Positions 46,991 to 57,735 of a DNA stretch of 64,000 nucleotides are shown here, piece by piece; positions within the stretch are counted from its first letter, which is position 1, and each line of letters opens with the position of its first letter. Origin of the DNA: Desulfatiglandales bacterium. Lineage in GTDB: Bacteria > Desulfobacterota > DSM-4660 > Desulfatiglandales > Desulfatiglandaceae. The DNA is taken from NCBI GenBank assembly GCA_963666345.1, contig OY762721.1:352001-416000 (forward strand), given 5' to 3'. Position numbers and translations under genes: made by a program. Below the pieces are notes generated by a model, which was not told where the DNA came from, ran no database searches, and saw nothing but the letters and a program-made list of their open reading frames with translations.

Positions 46991-49798
46991 ATGGATTACA
47001 AGCAGACGCTGAATCTCCCGAAAACCGAATTCCCTATGAAGGCAAATCTGGTAAAGAAAGAACCGGAGATGCTCGCAAAATGGGATGAAATCGATCTGTA
47101 CCAGTTGATACGAAAGGCTTCCGATGGAAGGAAACCTTACATGCTGCATGACGGCCCCCCCTATGCGAACGGCAACATACACATGGGAACCGCCTTTAAC
47201 AAGATATTAAAGGACATAATCGTCAAATCAAGACAGATGGCGGGCTTTGATGTCCCTTACGTACCAGGCTGGGACTGCCACGGTCTTCCTATCGAACACA
47301 AGGTGGACGAGCAGCTCGGGGAAAAAAAGAAGAGCATGTCCCAGGCCGAAATCAGGGGGGTGTGCCGAAAATATGCTGAAAGCTTCATCGACATTCAGCG
47401 CGATGAATTCAAACGTCTCGGTGTTATGGGTGAATGGAACCGTCCCTATCTCACCATGAATTATCCCTATGAAGCCACGATAGTAAGGGAATTCGGAAAA
47501 TTCGCCTTGAACGGCAATCTGGTGAGGAGCAAAAAGCCGATATACTGGTGTATATCGTGCGAGACCGCCCTGGCCGAAGCGGAGGTGGAGTATGCAGATC
47601 ACTCCTCACCTTCCATCTTTGTCAAGTTTCCCATGATTTCAGATCTTGGCGACAAATTTCCTTCTCTCAAGGGGAAAGACGTTTCGGTGGTCATATGGAC
47701 CACCACGCCCTGGACCATGCCTGCCAATCTTGCCATAGCGCTTCATCCCGTTCTGGAATATGTCGCGGTGGAAATCCCGACCGGCGAGATCCTGATCCTT
47801 GCCGAGGGCCTGCTGAGGGTCTGCATGGATACTTTCGGCATATCCGGATACAAGGTGCTTGAGCGATTTAACGGCCCCGAACTTGAGCATATGCAGGCGA
47901 GGCATCCGATATATGACAGGCCTTCGTTGATAGTGCTGGCCCCTTACGTGACCCTGGAGGCGGGTACTGGCTGCGTGCATACCGCCCCCGGTCACGGCAG
48001 AGAGGACTATGAGACGGGGCTGCTGTATAATCTGGACGTATACTCGCCGGTTGACGCGGAAGGCAGGTTTACGCCTGACGTGGAATTTTTTGCGGGCATG
48101 AATGTGTTTGAGGCAAACAGGGCGGTAATCGACAAACTGGATGAACTGGGCGCCCTTTTAAAGGAGCAGAAGATCACTCATGAATACCCCCACTGCTGGC
48201 GGTGTAAAAAACCTGTCATATTCCGATCCACCGAGCAGTGGTTCATCTCCATGGAGAAAAACGAACTCAGGAAAAAGGCGCTTGATGCGATCGATACGGT
48301 CCGGTGGTTCCCATCCTGGGGCAAAGACCGTATATACAGCATGATAGAGAAAAGACCCGATTGGTGCATCTCCAGACAAAGGGCCTGGGGTGTTCCGATC
48401 ACCATGTTTTTCTGCAAGGAGTGCGGCGAAATGATCATCTCACAGGAGATTATCGATTTCATAGCCGACAAGGTGGAAAAAAAGGGTGTGGACATATGGT
48501 TCACAGACAACGAAAAGGACCTGCTTCCTCCCGGCACCAGATGTACCGCCTGCGGAAGTGATAATTTTCAGAAAGAAACGGACATCCTCGATGTATGGTT
48601 TGACTCGGGTGTCAGCTACGCGGCCGTAATGGAAAAGCGCGACTACCTCCAAAGCCCGGCTGATCTGTATCTCGAGGGAAGCGACCAGCACAGAGGCTGG
48701 TTTCACAGCTCCCTTCTATGCTCTGTCGGCACCAGGGGTGAGGCCCCTTACAGGGCCGTTCTGACCCATGGTTTTGTGGTGGACGGCACCGGCAAGGCCA
48801 TGCATAAGTCTGCGGGAAACGTCATAGCCCCAGCTGACATGATCAAGCAGTACGGGGCGGAGATCCTGAGGCTGTGGGTGGCGGGTGAAGACTACAGGGA
48901 CAATATCCGCCTTTCAAAAGAGATACTTCAGAGGCTCACGGAGGCATACAGAAGGATAAGAAACACCTGCCGCTACATGCTGGGAAACCTGAGCGATTTT
49001 GACCCTGAAACGGACAGTGTTCCGTACCGGGACATGCAGGAGCTTGACCGATGGGCGCTCAACCGGCTGCAGGAGCTCAGCGAACGGGTGCTGAACGCCT
49101 ATGATAAATTCGACTTTCATGTGGTCTATCACAGCCTTCATAACTTCTGCGTGCTCGATCTGTCTTCCTTCTACCTGGACATAATAAAGGACAGGCTTTA
49201 CACCTCTCCCCCCAAATCATCACAGAGAAGATCCGCCCAAACCGCCATGCAGGAGATCCTGGATGTGCTTGTAAGGCTAATGGCACCTGTCCTGGCCTTT
49301 ACGGCGGAGGAAATCTGGCAGTACATGAAGGTCGAAAACAGGCCTTTGAGCGTTCACGCGGACCTCTTCGTGCCTGTCCGGGAAGAGTACAGGGACACCG
49401 AACTTGCCGATAAGTGGGAGGAGATAATATCGGTCAGAAGAGAGGTCACCAGGGCTCTTGAAATAGCGAGGAAGGAAAAACAGATCGGCCACTCTCTCGA
49501 TGCAAGCGTGACCCTGGGGCTTGCCCCCGCCCTCATGGAAAAGATAGCCCCCTACAGGGAGCAGCTCAGATCGATATTTATCGTATCCTCTGTGGAACTG
49601 GTGGATATCGAACGGCTTGAAGGGAGCGAAGAAAGCGAATCGGTTCCGGGACTCAAGATAAAGGTCGGAAGCTGTTCCGATACCAAGTGCGAGCGCTGCT
49701 GGGTTCACGACCCCACCGTAGGCGATAACGGCGCTCATCCTAAAATATGCCGGCGCTGTCTTTCCGCCCTGGCCCAGATGGAGCTGATTGAGGATTGA
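46991..49798 (+). CDS. ileS: Isoleucine--tRNA ligase
   Basis: [39 protein letters not shown] and C-terminal Zn finger. Confidence 0.98.
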   Translation: MDYKQTLNLPKTEFPMKANLVKKEPEMLAKWDEIDLYQLIRKASDGRKPYMLHDGPPYANGNIHMGTAFNKILKDIIVKSRQMAGFDVPYVPGWDCHGLPIEHKVDEQLGEKKKSMSQAEIRGVCRKYAESFIDIQRDEFKRLGVMGEWNRPYLTMNYPYEATIVREFGKFALNGNLVRSKKPIYWCISCETALAEAEVEYADHSSPSIFVKFPMISDLGDKFPSLKGKDVSVVIWTTTPWTMPANLAIALHPVLEYVAVEIPTGEILILAEGLLRVCMDTFGISGYKVLERFNGPELEHMQARHPIYDRPSLIVLAPYVTLEAGTGCVHTAPGHGREDYETGLLYNLDVYSPVDAEGRFTPDVEFFAGMNVFEANRAVIDKLDELGALLKEQKITHEYPHCWRCKKPVIFRSTEQWFISMEKNELRKKALDAIDTVRWFPSWGKDRIYSMIEKRPDWCISRQRAWGVPITMFFCKECGEMIISQEIIDFIADKVEKKGVDIWFTDNEKDLLPPGTRCTACGSDNFQKETDILDVWFDSGVSYAAVMEKRDYLQSPADLYLEGSDQHRGWFHSSLLCSVGTRGEAPYRAVLTHGFVVDGTGKAMHKSAGNVIAPADMIKQYGAEILRLWVAGEDYRDNIRLSKEILQRLTEAYRRIRNTCRYMLGNLSDFDPETDSVPYRDMQELDRWALNRLQELSERVLNAYDKFDFHVVYHSLHNFCVLDLSSFYLDIIKDRLYTSPPKSSQRRSAQTAMQEILDVLVRLMAPVLAFTAEEIWQYMKVENRPLSVHADLFVPVREEYRDTELADKWEEIISVRREVTRALEIARKEKQIGHSLDASVTLGLAPALMEKIAPYREQLRSIFIVSSVELVDIERLEGSEESESVPGLKIKVGSCSDTKCERCWVHDPTVGDNGAHPKICRRCLSALAQMELIED

Positions 49799-50274
49799 AG
49801 AAAAAATACCACCTCCTGATATGGCCTTTTATTGCGGTAGTTGTTCTGGATCAGATTTCAAAGGCGGCCGTTATAAAGACCATTGAGATCCACGGATCGG
49901 TTAGTGTCATCCACGGTTTTTTTCAGATGGTGCATGTAAGAAACCGTGGCATGGCCTTCGGTCTCATGAACAGGGCCGATTCCCGGATAGGTCCCTACCT
50001 GCTGGCCGCGGCAAGCATCGTAACCATAGTCTTACTGATCTACTGGTTCATGAGGAGAAAAGATCACGGCCATGCAATCACCCTGGCTCTTTCTTTAATA
50101 TTGGGGGGGGCCGTCGGAAACCTGATAGACCGGGTGAGATTCAACGAAGTGGTCGACTTTCTGGACTTTTACATAGGAAGCTATCACTGGCCCGCCTTCA
50201 ATATCGCGGACGCAACCATCACCGCAGGGACTTTCCTCCTGGCATTCTGTATATTATTTCAAAAAAAGGAGTAA
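49795..50274 (+). CDS. lspA: Lipoprotein signal peptidase
   Basis: [26 protein letters not shown] and FNIAD motifs. Confidence 0.96.
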   Translation: MKKKYHLLIWPFIAVVVLDQISKAAVIKTIEIHGSVSVIHGFFQMVHVRNRGMAFGLMNRADSRIGPYLLAAASIVTIVLLIYWFMRRKDHGHAITLALSLILGGAVGNLIDRVRFNEVVDFLDFYIGSYHWPAFNIADATITAGTFLLAFCILFQKKE

Positions 50275-50292
50275 AAAGTAAATTCGCTTGTC

Positions 50293-51093
50293 ATGAAAAA
50301 TATATCTGAATCAATCCTGACGGACATCGAAAAAATCAGGGACCTGGCGCCCCTGGTCCACAACATAACAAATTACGTGGTAATGAACTCCACGGCAAAT
50401 GCACTTCTGTCACTCGGCGCGTCCCCGGTCATGGCCCACGCGCTAGAAGAGGTCGAGGATATGACCTCCATCGCCGGCGCCCTTGTGATAAACATAGGCA
50501 CCCTTAGCCCCGGCTGGGTATCCGCCATGCACAAGGCGGCAGAAAAGGCGTCTCAACTCAAAAAACCGATCGTGCTCGACCCTGTCGGCGCGGGTGCTAC
50601 CGGCTACAGGACCTCTTCGGTAAACGAGCTTATAGAGACCGCCGTTCCCGCCGTCATAAGGGGAAACGCCTCTGAGATAATCGCGCTTGCCGGAACGGAT
50701 AGCAATACAAAGGGAGTAGACAGCACTCAGTCATCCGAGGCGGCCGTTGACGTGGCAAAGGCACTTTCAAGGCGGCTCGGCTCCGTCATAGTGGTAAGCG
50801 GTGCCGTAGATTTCATTATCCGTGATGATGAATCGGCAAAGGTCCTTAACGGAGACCCTCTCATGGGAAGAGTCACCGGCATGGGCTGCACTGCCACGGC
50901 CCTTATAGGCGCATTTCTCGCGGTAAACCCCGATCCGTTCAATGCGGCCGCCAACGCCATGGCCGTGATGGGCATGGCAGGTGAAACGGCGGCATTAGGC
51001 GCCGAAGGCCCCGGCACCTTTCAGGCACGGTTTCTTGACGCCCTCTACCGACTTGAAGAACAGGATGTCACGGAACGGATAAGGGTTGAATAA
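50293..51093 (+). CDS. thiM: Hydroxyethylthiazole kinase
   Basis: [27 protein letters not shown] and VTGMGC motifs. Confidence 0.95.
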   Translation: MKNISESILTDIEKIRDLAPLVHNITNYVVMNSTANALLSLGASPVMAHALEEVEDMTSIAGALVINIGTLSPGWVSAMHKAAEKASQLKKPIVLDPVGAGATGYRTSSVNELIETAVPAVIRGNASEIIALAGTDSNTKGVDSTQSSEAAVDVAKALSRRLGSVIVVSGAVDFIIRDDESAKVLNGDPLMGRVTGMGCTATALIGAFLAVNPDPFNAAANAMAVMGMAGETAALGAEGPGTFQARFLDALYRLEEQDVTERIRVE

Positions 51094-51716
51094 TGGATTC
51101 ACCTCTCCCCAGGCTCTATCTTGTAACCGACCGGAACCTGTGTAATTCAAGGCCGCTTGATGAGGTTGTCGCGCTTGCCGTAAAAGGAGGCGCAGGCATG
51201 GTTCAGCTGCGTGAAAAGGCGATTTCCACCAGAGACTTTGTGGAGCTTGCCCTTAAAATAAAAAGGATTACCTACCCCCTCGGCATCCCCCTTATAATCA
51301 ACGATCGTATCGACGTGGCCCTTGCCGCAAAAGCGGACGGCGTCCATATAGGCCAGAGCGACATGCCGTACGGGATGGCAAGAAAATTGATGGGACCAGA
51401 TGCCGTAATAGGCCTTTCGGTGGAATCAATGGATGAGGTCATGGAGGCACAGGACTTTGCAGTCGACTACCTGGGGGTAAGCCCCGTGTTTGCCACTCCC
51501 ACAAAGACCGACACAAAGGTGGAGTGGGGGCTTGAAGGGATTACAAAGATTAAGGAGATATCCAGACACCCACTGGTTGCCATAGGCGGAATCAATTCGC
51601 GAAACGCGGTTCGGGTGGTTGCAGCCGGAGCCGATTGTGTGGCTGTTGTCTCGGATATCTGTTCCGCCTCTGATCCTGAAAAATCCGCAGCAAACCTTAT
51701 TGATGCATTTAAATAG
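51093..51716 (+). CDS. thiE: Thiamine phosphate synthase (copy 2)
   Basis: LYLVTD, QLREK, INDRID, GVHIGQSD and TPTK motifs. Confidence 0.94.
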   Translation: MDSPLPRLYLVTDRNLCNSRPLDEVVALAVKGGAGMVQLREKAISTRDFVELALKIKRITYPLGIPLIINDRIDVALAAKADGVHIGQSDMPYGMARKLMGPDAVIGLSVESMDEVMEAQDFAVDYLGVSPVFATPTKTDTKVEWGLEGITKIKEISRHPLVAIGGINSRNAVRVVAAGADCVAVVSDICSASDPEKSAANLIDAFK

Positions 51717-51733
51717 GCCTTTGGAGAATTGAC

Positions 51734-52561
51734 ATGGGAACAAGATACCTCCGCGCCCTTTCCATAGCAGGCTCGGACTCGGGCGGGGGCGCTGGCATAC
51801 AGGCGGACCTGAAGACCTTTTCCGCCCTCGGATGCTACGGCATGACCGTCATAACGGCCCTGACCGCCCAGAACACGACCGGAGTGAGCGGCATACACCC
51901 GGTACCTCCCGAATTTGTGGAAAAACAGCTGGACGCGGTCTTCAGCGATATCGGGGCGGACGCGGTAAAAATCGGCATGCTCTACTCGGCGGAACTGATT
52001 GAAAAGGTGGCCTTTAAACTGAGGCGATATAACGCGCAAAACATCGTGCTCGACCCGGTCATGGTCGCGACAAGCGGAGACAAACTGCTTCAGGACGACG
52101 CGGTAGAGGCCATCATAAGATATCTCATGCCCCTTGCCGCGGTGGTGACCCCGAACCTTCCCGAGGCCTCCATACTGGTAAACAGGGATATAGTCAATCT
52201 TGACCAGATCAGGGAGGCGGCCCGGGAACTTGCGACACATGACAGCAAAGCCGCACTTATAAAAGGAGGGCATCTTGCCGAAGGGGAATCAAGCAGCGAT
52301 CTTCTCTACATAGCGGATGAGAAACGATTCCTGACGCTTGAGGATGAACGGATACGGACCGCCAATACCCATGGAACAGGCTGCACTCTGTCCTCGGCCA
52401 TAGCGGCTTATCTGGCGAGGGGTCTTGATCTTGCGAATGCCGTCAAAAGGGCGAAGACATACGTCACGGAGGCCATCAGGGCCGGGGCGCGATATGAAAT
52501 AGGAAAGGGACACGGACCAGTAAAACATTTCTACAGGCAGTGGGATAATCCCTCAGGATAG
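51734..52561 (+). CDS. thiD: Hydroxymethylpyrimidine/phosphomethylpyrimidine kinase
   Basis: IAGSDSGGGAGIQAD, TPNLPEA, KGGH and HGTGCTLS motifs. Confidence 0.95.
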   Translation: MGTRYLRALSIAGSDSGGGAGIQADLKTFSALGCYGMTVITALTAQNTTGVSGIHPVPPEFVEKQLDAVFSDIGADAVKIGMLYSAELIEKVAFKLRRYNAQNIVLDPVMVATSGDKLLQDDAVEAIIRYLMPLAAVVTPNLPEASILVNRDIVNLDQIREAARELATHDSKAALIKGGHLAEGESSSDLLYIADEKRFLTLEDERIRTANTHGTGCTLSSAIAAYLARGLDLANAVKRAKTYVTEAIRAGARYEIGKGHGPVKHFYRQWDNPSG

Positions 52562-52616
52562 CCTGACCTTTCACGAGATAAGCAGACGGCATGCCAGGGC
52601 ATACAAGATTTTTTTA

Positions 52617-52727
52617 CTACGCCTTTTTAAAAGGTTTTTCCTGTTCCCGCTTTTTGAGATTCTTTTTCCTGCGCCGACGCCTTCTTTCTATCTCTCTTTT
52701 TCTCTCGATTTTCTTATGGCTTGCCAT
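52617..52727 (-). CDS. Small Arg/Lys-rich 36-aa protein (absent from ORF track)
   Basis: AAGGAG RBS; MASHKKIERKREIERRRRRRKKNLKKREQEKPFKKA*. Confidence 0.65.
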   Translation of the reverse strand: MASHKKIERKREIERRRRRRKKNLKKREQEKPFKKA

Positions 52728-52765
52728 TTTCTAAAAGCTCCTTTCCGGATCCTTTTCCGGTGAAC

Positions 52766-53605
52766 CTATCCGATGATCTCAAGACTCAGGTCCGCCGCCT
52801 TGACTGAGTGGGTAAGCGCCCCCACGGATATAAAATCAACGCCGGTTTTTGCGACCTCTTCGATATTATCCAGCGTGATGTTGCCGGATGCCTCGATAAC
52901 CGCCCTTTTATCCACAAGCATTACCGCCTCTTTCATCTGATCAATGCCCATGTTATCAAGCATTATTATGTCCGCGCCCCCCTCAAGCGCCTGCCTTACG
53001 CCAGCTATATCAACCACCTCTATTTCCACCTTCAGGGTGTGGGGCGAATTGGCCCTTGCAAGCTCGATCGCCTGTTTTATGGAACCTGCAGCGGCTATAT
53101 GGTTATCCTTTATCAGTATCCCGTCAAACAGACCAAGCCTGTGGTTCCGGCCCCCGCCCGTTTTGACTGCATATTTGTCAAGAAGCCTCAATCCGGGCAC
53201 CGTCTTTCTTGTATCAAGGACCATGGCACCGTACGGAACCGCCTTTTGCACGTAACGCATCGTCTGAGTGGCTATCCCGCTCATCCTCTGGAGGAAATTA
53301 AGCGCTGTCCTTTCAGCCTTCAGGATCGGCATAAGGGGTCCTTCAATCACGCATATCCTTTCATCCGGGCCGATAAGGGCGCCCTCGGGGAAAAGCACTT
53401 CAAATGCCGTCTCTGCGCTCACAAGCTCAAACACCTTTTTGAAGACAGGTATGCCGGCCAGCACGCACTCGCTTCGACTCAGCAGCTCCGCCCTCCCCTT
53501 TGCGTCAGGGGCAAGGATACTCTCGGAGGTCACGTCACCTGCGGCCGCATCCTCTTCAAGGGCCGTCATTATAAGCTTTTCAATAAAGGGATTGTTTTCA
53601 ATCAT
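52766..53605 (-). CDS. nadC: Nicotinate-nucleotide pyrophosphorylase (carboxylating)
   Basis: AERTALN, DTRKT, NHR, IKDNH, MLDN and EASG motifs. Confidence 0.96.
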   Translation of the reverse strand: MIENNPFIEKLIMTALEEDAAAGDVTSESILAPDAKGRAELLSRSECVLAGIPVFKKVFELVSAETAFEVLFPEGALIGPDERICVIEGPLMPILKAERTALNFLQRMSGIATQTMRYVQKAVPYGAMVLDTRKTVPGLRLLDKYAVKTGGGRNHRLGLFDGILIKDNHIAAAGSIKQAIELARANSPHTLKVEIEVVDIAGVRQALEGGADIIMLDNMGIDQMKEAVMLVDKRAVIEASGNITLDNIEEVAKTGVDFISVGALTHSVKAADLSLEIIG

Positions 53606-56249
53606 TGATCGACTCGAAAAATTTCAGGTTCTGGTTAAGTTTTTCCAGCTTCAACACCCAGGCCTCCACCTTAGCTTTCACCTCGCGTACTATCTCTTTG
53701 GGCGCTTTTTTCAGGAAACCCTCGTTTGCAAGCTTTTTCTGTGAAAGGGACATCTCCTTTTCAATCTTCGCTATCTCTTTATTGAGCCTTCTCTTTTCCT
53801 CTTCAAAATCGATCAACCCCTTAAGAATCACGTGCGCCTGTATCCTTCCGTAAACCGCAGTTGCGGAGGCATCAGGCTTTGCCATGCCTGATTCTACGGC
53901 AAGCTCCCCGGCCCTGGCCAGTGTTTTTATATGCGATGAATTTCTCTTGATGATCTCCGCCTCAGAGTCGTCCGGCACATCCATTACTACATTCAATTTC
54001 TTGGACGGCGGTATGTTCATCTCACCCCGTATATTTCGAATACCGGTAATGACACCCATCAGAAGAGCCATCTCCTTTTCGGCATCCTCGTCGAGCACGA
54101 ACTCGTCAGCCTCAGGGAACCTGGCGGCCATTATACTGCCTTCGGTCCCAGGCAGTTTCTGCCATATCTCCTCAGTCACAAAGGGCATAAAGGGATGGAG
54201 AAGTTTCAGAGAAGCCTTGAGGACCTCAAGCGAAGTCCTGGCGGCGGAGCGCTTCAGTGCCTCGTCCTGTCCGTACAGATTCTGTTTCGCCATCTCCAGA
54301 TACCAGTCACAAAGTTCATGCCATACGAACTGGTAGCACAGGGCTGATGCCTCGTTGAACCGGTACTCATCGATCGCCTTTGAAATCTCCCCACTCACGC
54401 GCCCAAGCCTCGACAGAATCCATTTTTCCTCAAGAGTACCCGACCTTTCCGACTCCGAAGCGACAAGCTCAGGGTCAAGATTGATGAGCACGAAGCGCGC
54501 GGCGTTCCATATCTTGTTTACGAAGTGGCGGTACCCTATGATCCTTTCCTCTGAAAGCTTTATATCCCTTCCCGGTGCGGCCAGCGCCGAAAGAGTGAAG
54601 CGGAACGCGTCGGTTCCGAATTCGTCCATTACCTCGAGAGGATCGATTACGTTGCCCTTTGACTTGCTCATCTTTTTGCCTTCCGCGTCTCTTACCAGGG
54701 CATGGATATAAACCTCCTTGAACGGGACCTTTCCCATGAAGTGGAGTCCCATCATCATCATCCTGGCCACCCAGAAGAAGAGGATATCAAAACCCGTGAC
54801 CAGGACCGATGTCGGGTAATAAAAATCAAGTTCCTTTGTCTTGTCCGGCCAGCCGAGCGTTGAAAAAGGCCACAGTCCCGAGCTGAACCAGGTATCGAGT
54901 ACATCGGTTTCCTGGACAAGCCGCCGGCTTTTACAGGCCTTACAGGTCACGGGCGCCTCTTTTGCCACATGCACCTCTCCGCACTTTTCGCAGTACCAGG
55001 CGGGTATCCTGTGACCCCACCAGATCTGTCTGGAAACGCACCAGTCCCTGATGTTATCCATCCACTCGAAGTATACTCCTTCCCAGTTCCCCGGAAATAT
55101 GCGGGTATTTCCTTCCTTTACCGCCCTGCTCGCGACCTCGGCAAGCGGCTTAGTCTTAACGAACCACTGTTTGGAAAGAAGAGGCTCAATCATGGTCTTA
55201 CAGCGGTAGCAGTGTCCTACCGCGTTTTGGTAGAGCTCCATTTTAACAAGCTGCCCCGACTCCTTCAGGTCCTCGACTATCTTCTCTCTGCATTCAAACC
55301 GGTCCAGTCCGGTATAGGAACCCGCAAATTCATTCATGCGCCCGTCTTCGTCAAACACCTTTATCCTTTCAAGGCCATGCCTGTTTCCTATCTCAAAGTC
55401 ATTGAGATCATGGGCGGGTGTGATCTTGAGAGCACCGGTACCGAACCCGACATCCACGTATCCGTCATATATCACCGGAATCGGTTTGTTCAATATCGGA
55501 AGAAGCACATGTTTGCCGGAAAGATCGCGGTAACGCTCATCCTCCGGATTGACAGCCACGGCCGTATCACCCAGCATGGTCTCAGGCCTGGTAGTAGCCA
55601 CTATCAGGTGACCGTCGCATTTTTCAAAGGGATATTTTATGTAATAGAGGAAGCTGTCACGATCTTCGTGTTCGACTTCGATATCGGCAAGCGCTGTGTG
55701 GCATCTCGGACACCAGTTTATAATATAATCACCGCGGTAAACGAGTCCTTCTTCGTAAAGCCTTACAAATACCTCCTTTACGGCCCTGGACAAACCCTCA
55801 TCCATGGTAAAGCGCTCCCTGCTCCAGTCACACGCGCAACCAAGCCTCCTGAGCTGGTTAAGGATGAGGCCTCCGTATTTTTTTCTCCACTCCCACACCA
55901 TTTCGATGAATTTGTCACGGCCGACTTCGTGCCTGTCCGTACCCTTTTCCGCCAGTGCTCTTTCCACGACGTTCTGTGTGGCGATACCGGCATGATCCGT
56001 GCCGGGTTGCCATAGCACGTTGAAGCCCTTCATCTTCTTGTACCTGCACAGGACATCCTGCAGGGTATTGTTCAACGCGTGACCCATGTGAAGGGTGCCG
56101 GTTACATTGGGAGGCGGAATGACTATGCAAAACGGGGTGCCCTCACCTTCCACATCCCCCTTGAAATGACCGTTTTCCTCCCAGTATTCATACCATCTCT
56201 TTTCAGCATCGCTGTGCTCATAGGCCTTGGCCATGATCTCGTCGTTCAT
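53598..56249 (-). CDS. valS: Valine--tRNA ligase
   Basis: PPPNVTGTLHMGH, DHAGIATQ, SRQIWWGH, DTWFSS, KMSKS and C-terminal coiled coil. Confidence 0.98.
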   Translation of the reverse strand: MNDEIMAKAYEHSDAEKRWYEYWEENGHFKGDVEGEGTPFCIVIPPPNVTGTLHMGHALNNTLQDVLCRYKKMKGFNVLWQPGTDHAGIATQNVVERALAEKGTDRHEVGRDKFIEMVWEWRKKYGGLILNQLRRLGCACDWSRERFTMDEGLSRAVKEVFVRLYEEGLVYRGDYIINWCPRCHTALADIEVEHEDRDSFLYYIKYPFEKCDGHLIVATTRPETMLGDTAVAVNPEDERYRDLSGKHVLLPILNKPIPVIYDGYVDVGFGTGALKITPAHDLNDFEIGNRHGLERIKVFDEDGRMNEFAGSYTGLDRFECREKIVEDLKESGQLVKMELYQNAVGHCYRCKTMIEPLLSKQWFVKTKPLAEVASRAVKEGNTRIFPGNWEGVYFEWMDNIRDWCVSRQIWWGHRIPAWYCEKCGEVHVAKEAPVTCKACKSRRLVQETDVLDTWFSSGLWPFSTLGWPDKTKELDFYYPTSVLVTGFDILFFWVARMMMMGLHFMGKVPFKEVYIHALVRDAEGKKMSKSKGNVIDPLEVMDEFGTDAFRFTLSALAAPGRDIKLSEERIIGYRHFVNKIWNAARFVLINLDPELVASESERSGTLEEKWILSRLGRVSGEISKAIDEYRFNEASALCYQFVWHELCDWYLEMAKQNLYGQDEALKRSAARTSLEVLKASLKLLHPFMPFVTEEIWQKLPGTEGSIMAARFPEADEFVLDEDAEKEMALLMGVITGIRNIRGEMNIPPSKKLNVVMDVPDDSEAEIIKRNSSHIKTLARAGELAVESGMAKPDASATAVYGRIQAHVILKGLIDFEEEKRRLNKEIAKIEKEMSLSQKKLANEGFLKKAPKEIVREVKAKVEAWVLKLEKLNQNLKFFESIND

Positions 56250-56416
56250 AAGTAAGTGACTCCTTGCTCTGTAATCCCCCTGCGGGGGACAGGCATTAAA
56301 TTCTCCGCCCCTTGAGGCAAAATTAAATATTTTGCGGGTATTTCATTTTTTAATCGGTTAATCTACCAGTAACATTGAGCTTCATCAACTGCAATAAAGC
56401 CGCGCCCGGAAAAATC

Positions 56417-56448
56417 AAAAAGGGGGTTGCATCCTTCACAACCCCCAT
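56417..56448 (-). terminator. Intrinsic terminator after the acidic-protein gene
   Basis: Minus strand GGGGGTTG...CAACCCCCTTTT. Confidence 0.7.
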
Positions 56449-56501
56449 ATCTATTGCAATATAAACCAGATTAGAATCAGGATGTTCATTAAACCGTAAG
56501 T

Positions 56502-57260
56502 TTATTTCGACTCGGCCTCGATGCTCTCCTTGAGGGCATCGATAGCCTCTCTTATTACTTTCTCAGCAACATCGGAGACTGTTTTACGGACCACCTTTTC
56601 AACGGTTCTTTCAACCGCGGCCGTTATAATCTCTTCAAGCCTCTCCTGAGGGATAACGGCTGAAATCCCCGCCTCCTGCGGGACCTCAAGCTGCTCAGCT
56701 TTTTCAATTTCTTCACTCAGGGGATCAACCGTTTCGCTGAAATCCTCCAGAGGTATTTCAGGGGGCATCTTGTCTTCTTCGTCTTCTTCAAGCTCGATAT
56801 CTTCAAGAAACGACTCCTCCTCGCTTTTGATAAACGCCGGTACAGGAGAAATCACATCTTCAAAGGCCGTGTCAGAAGCGGCTTGCTCATTCGGTTCAAT
56901 CTCATCGAGGTCCTCAAAGGCGGTATCAGCCAGGTCGTTTTCAAGATCAGTAAAATCAAGATCCCCGGGGTCTTTCTCTTCACCAGCTGGGTCGCTTTCA
57001 GGAGCAGCCTCAAGATCATATCCTTCGTCCAGGTCCAGATTCTCTTCAATCATGTCGTCGTCCAGAAGTACTGCGATGTCATCTTCAGCCTCATCAGGTT
57101 CTTTCTCTTCTCCATCTTCTAAAATGATATCGGTAAGTTCTATGACATCATCTTCCATATAATTTTTGTCATCGGAAAGGCCCTCAAATTCAAACTCCGG
57201 AGAATCATCCTCTCCGTTTTTGCTGCCGTCAAAAAGCTCATCATCGGTTTTCATAGACAT
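56502..57260 (-). CDS. Highly acidic disordered protein with C-terminal helical domain (PopZ/RomR C-terminus-like)
   Basis: Asp/Glu/Pro-rich body, EDDVIELTDI motif, amphipathic C-terminal VSDVAEKVIREAIDALK. Confidence 0.75.
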   Translation of the reverse strand: MSMKTDDELFDGSKNGEDDSPEFEFEGLSDDKNYMEDDVIELTDIILEDGEEKEPDEAEDDIAVLLDDDMIEENLDLDEGYDLEAAPESDPAGEEKDPGDLDFTDLENDLADTAFEDLDEIEPNEQAASDTAFEDVISPVPAFIKSEEESFLEDIELEEDEEDKMPPEIPLEDFSETVDPLSEEIEKAEQLEVPQEAGISAVIPQERLEEIITAAVERTVEKVVRKTVSDVAEKVIREAIDALKESIEAESK

Positions 57261-57523
57261 ACTCCATATGCCGTCAAAAAAACTGTTTTAAGGAACAAAA
57301 TCTGCCCGCTAGATAGCACAGGGCCACTATATTGTCAAGATATTGAAATCTATTCCAAATCTCCATGAATCGAGCTTAAAAGCGAATTTATCCCCAAGGT
57401 CAACAAAAAAACCGCCGTGCGCATGGGAAAACCCCGCCCCAGAAAAAGCAGAGATCAAGGGCATCGCATTCGATCAAGTATCCTTGATTTTGATAAAAGA
57501 ATCTGCTAGCGTCATAATTTTAC

Positions 57524-57600
57524 GGGCGATTAGCTCAGCTGGATAGAGCGTTGGTCTCCGGAACCAGAGGTCGCGCGTTCGAATCGCGCATCGCCCGCCA
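57524..57600 (+). tRNA. tRNA-Arg(CCG)
   Basis: GGGCGAT acceptor, TTGGT-CT-CCG-GA-ACCAG anticodon arm, GTTCGAATC, CCA end. Confidence 0.95.
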
Positions 57601-57735
57601 GTAAATTCAAGGGGTTATATCACTTACAGGATATAGCCCCTTTTTTTATCCAACCCTATATCCAACCTGCAGGAAAGACTTCAATAGAAAAAATGGCCCC
57701 CTTTGGGGACCAAATTCTGTGATTGATGTTTTAAC

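Noticed and set aside
54969..56015. Long antisense ORFs (348 aa here; also 52808..53608, 51467..52273, 41809..42480)
   Set aside because: They are shadows of valS, nadC, thiE/thiD and mgtE with no recognisable motifs
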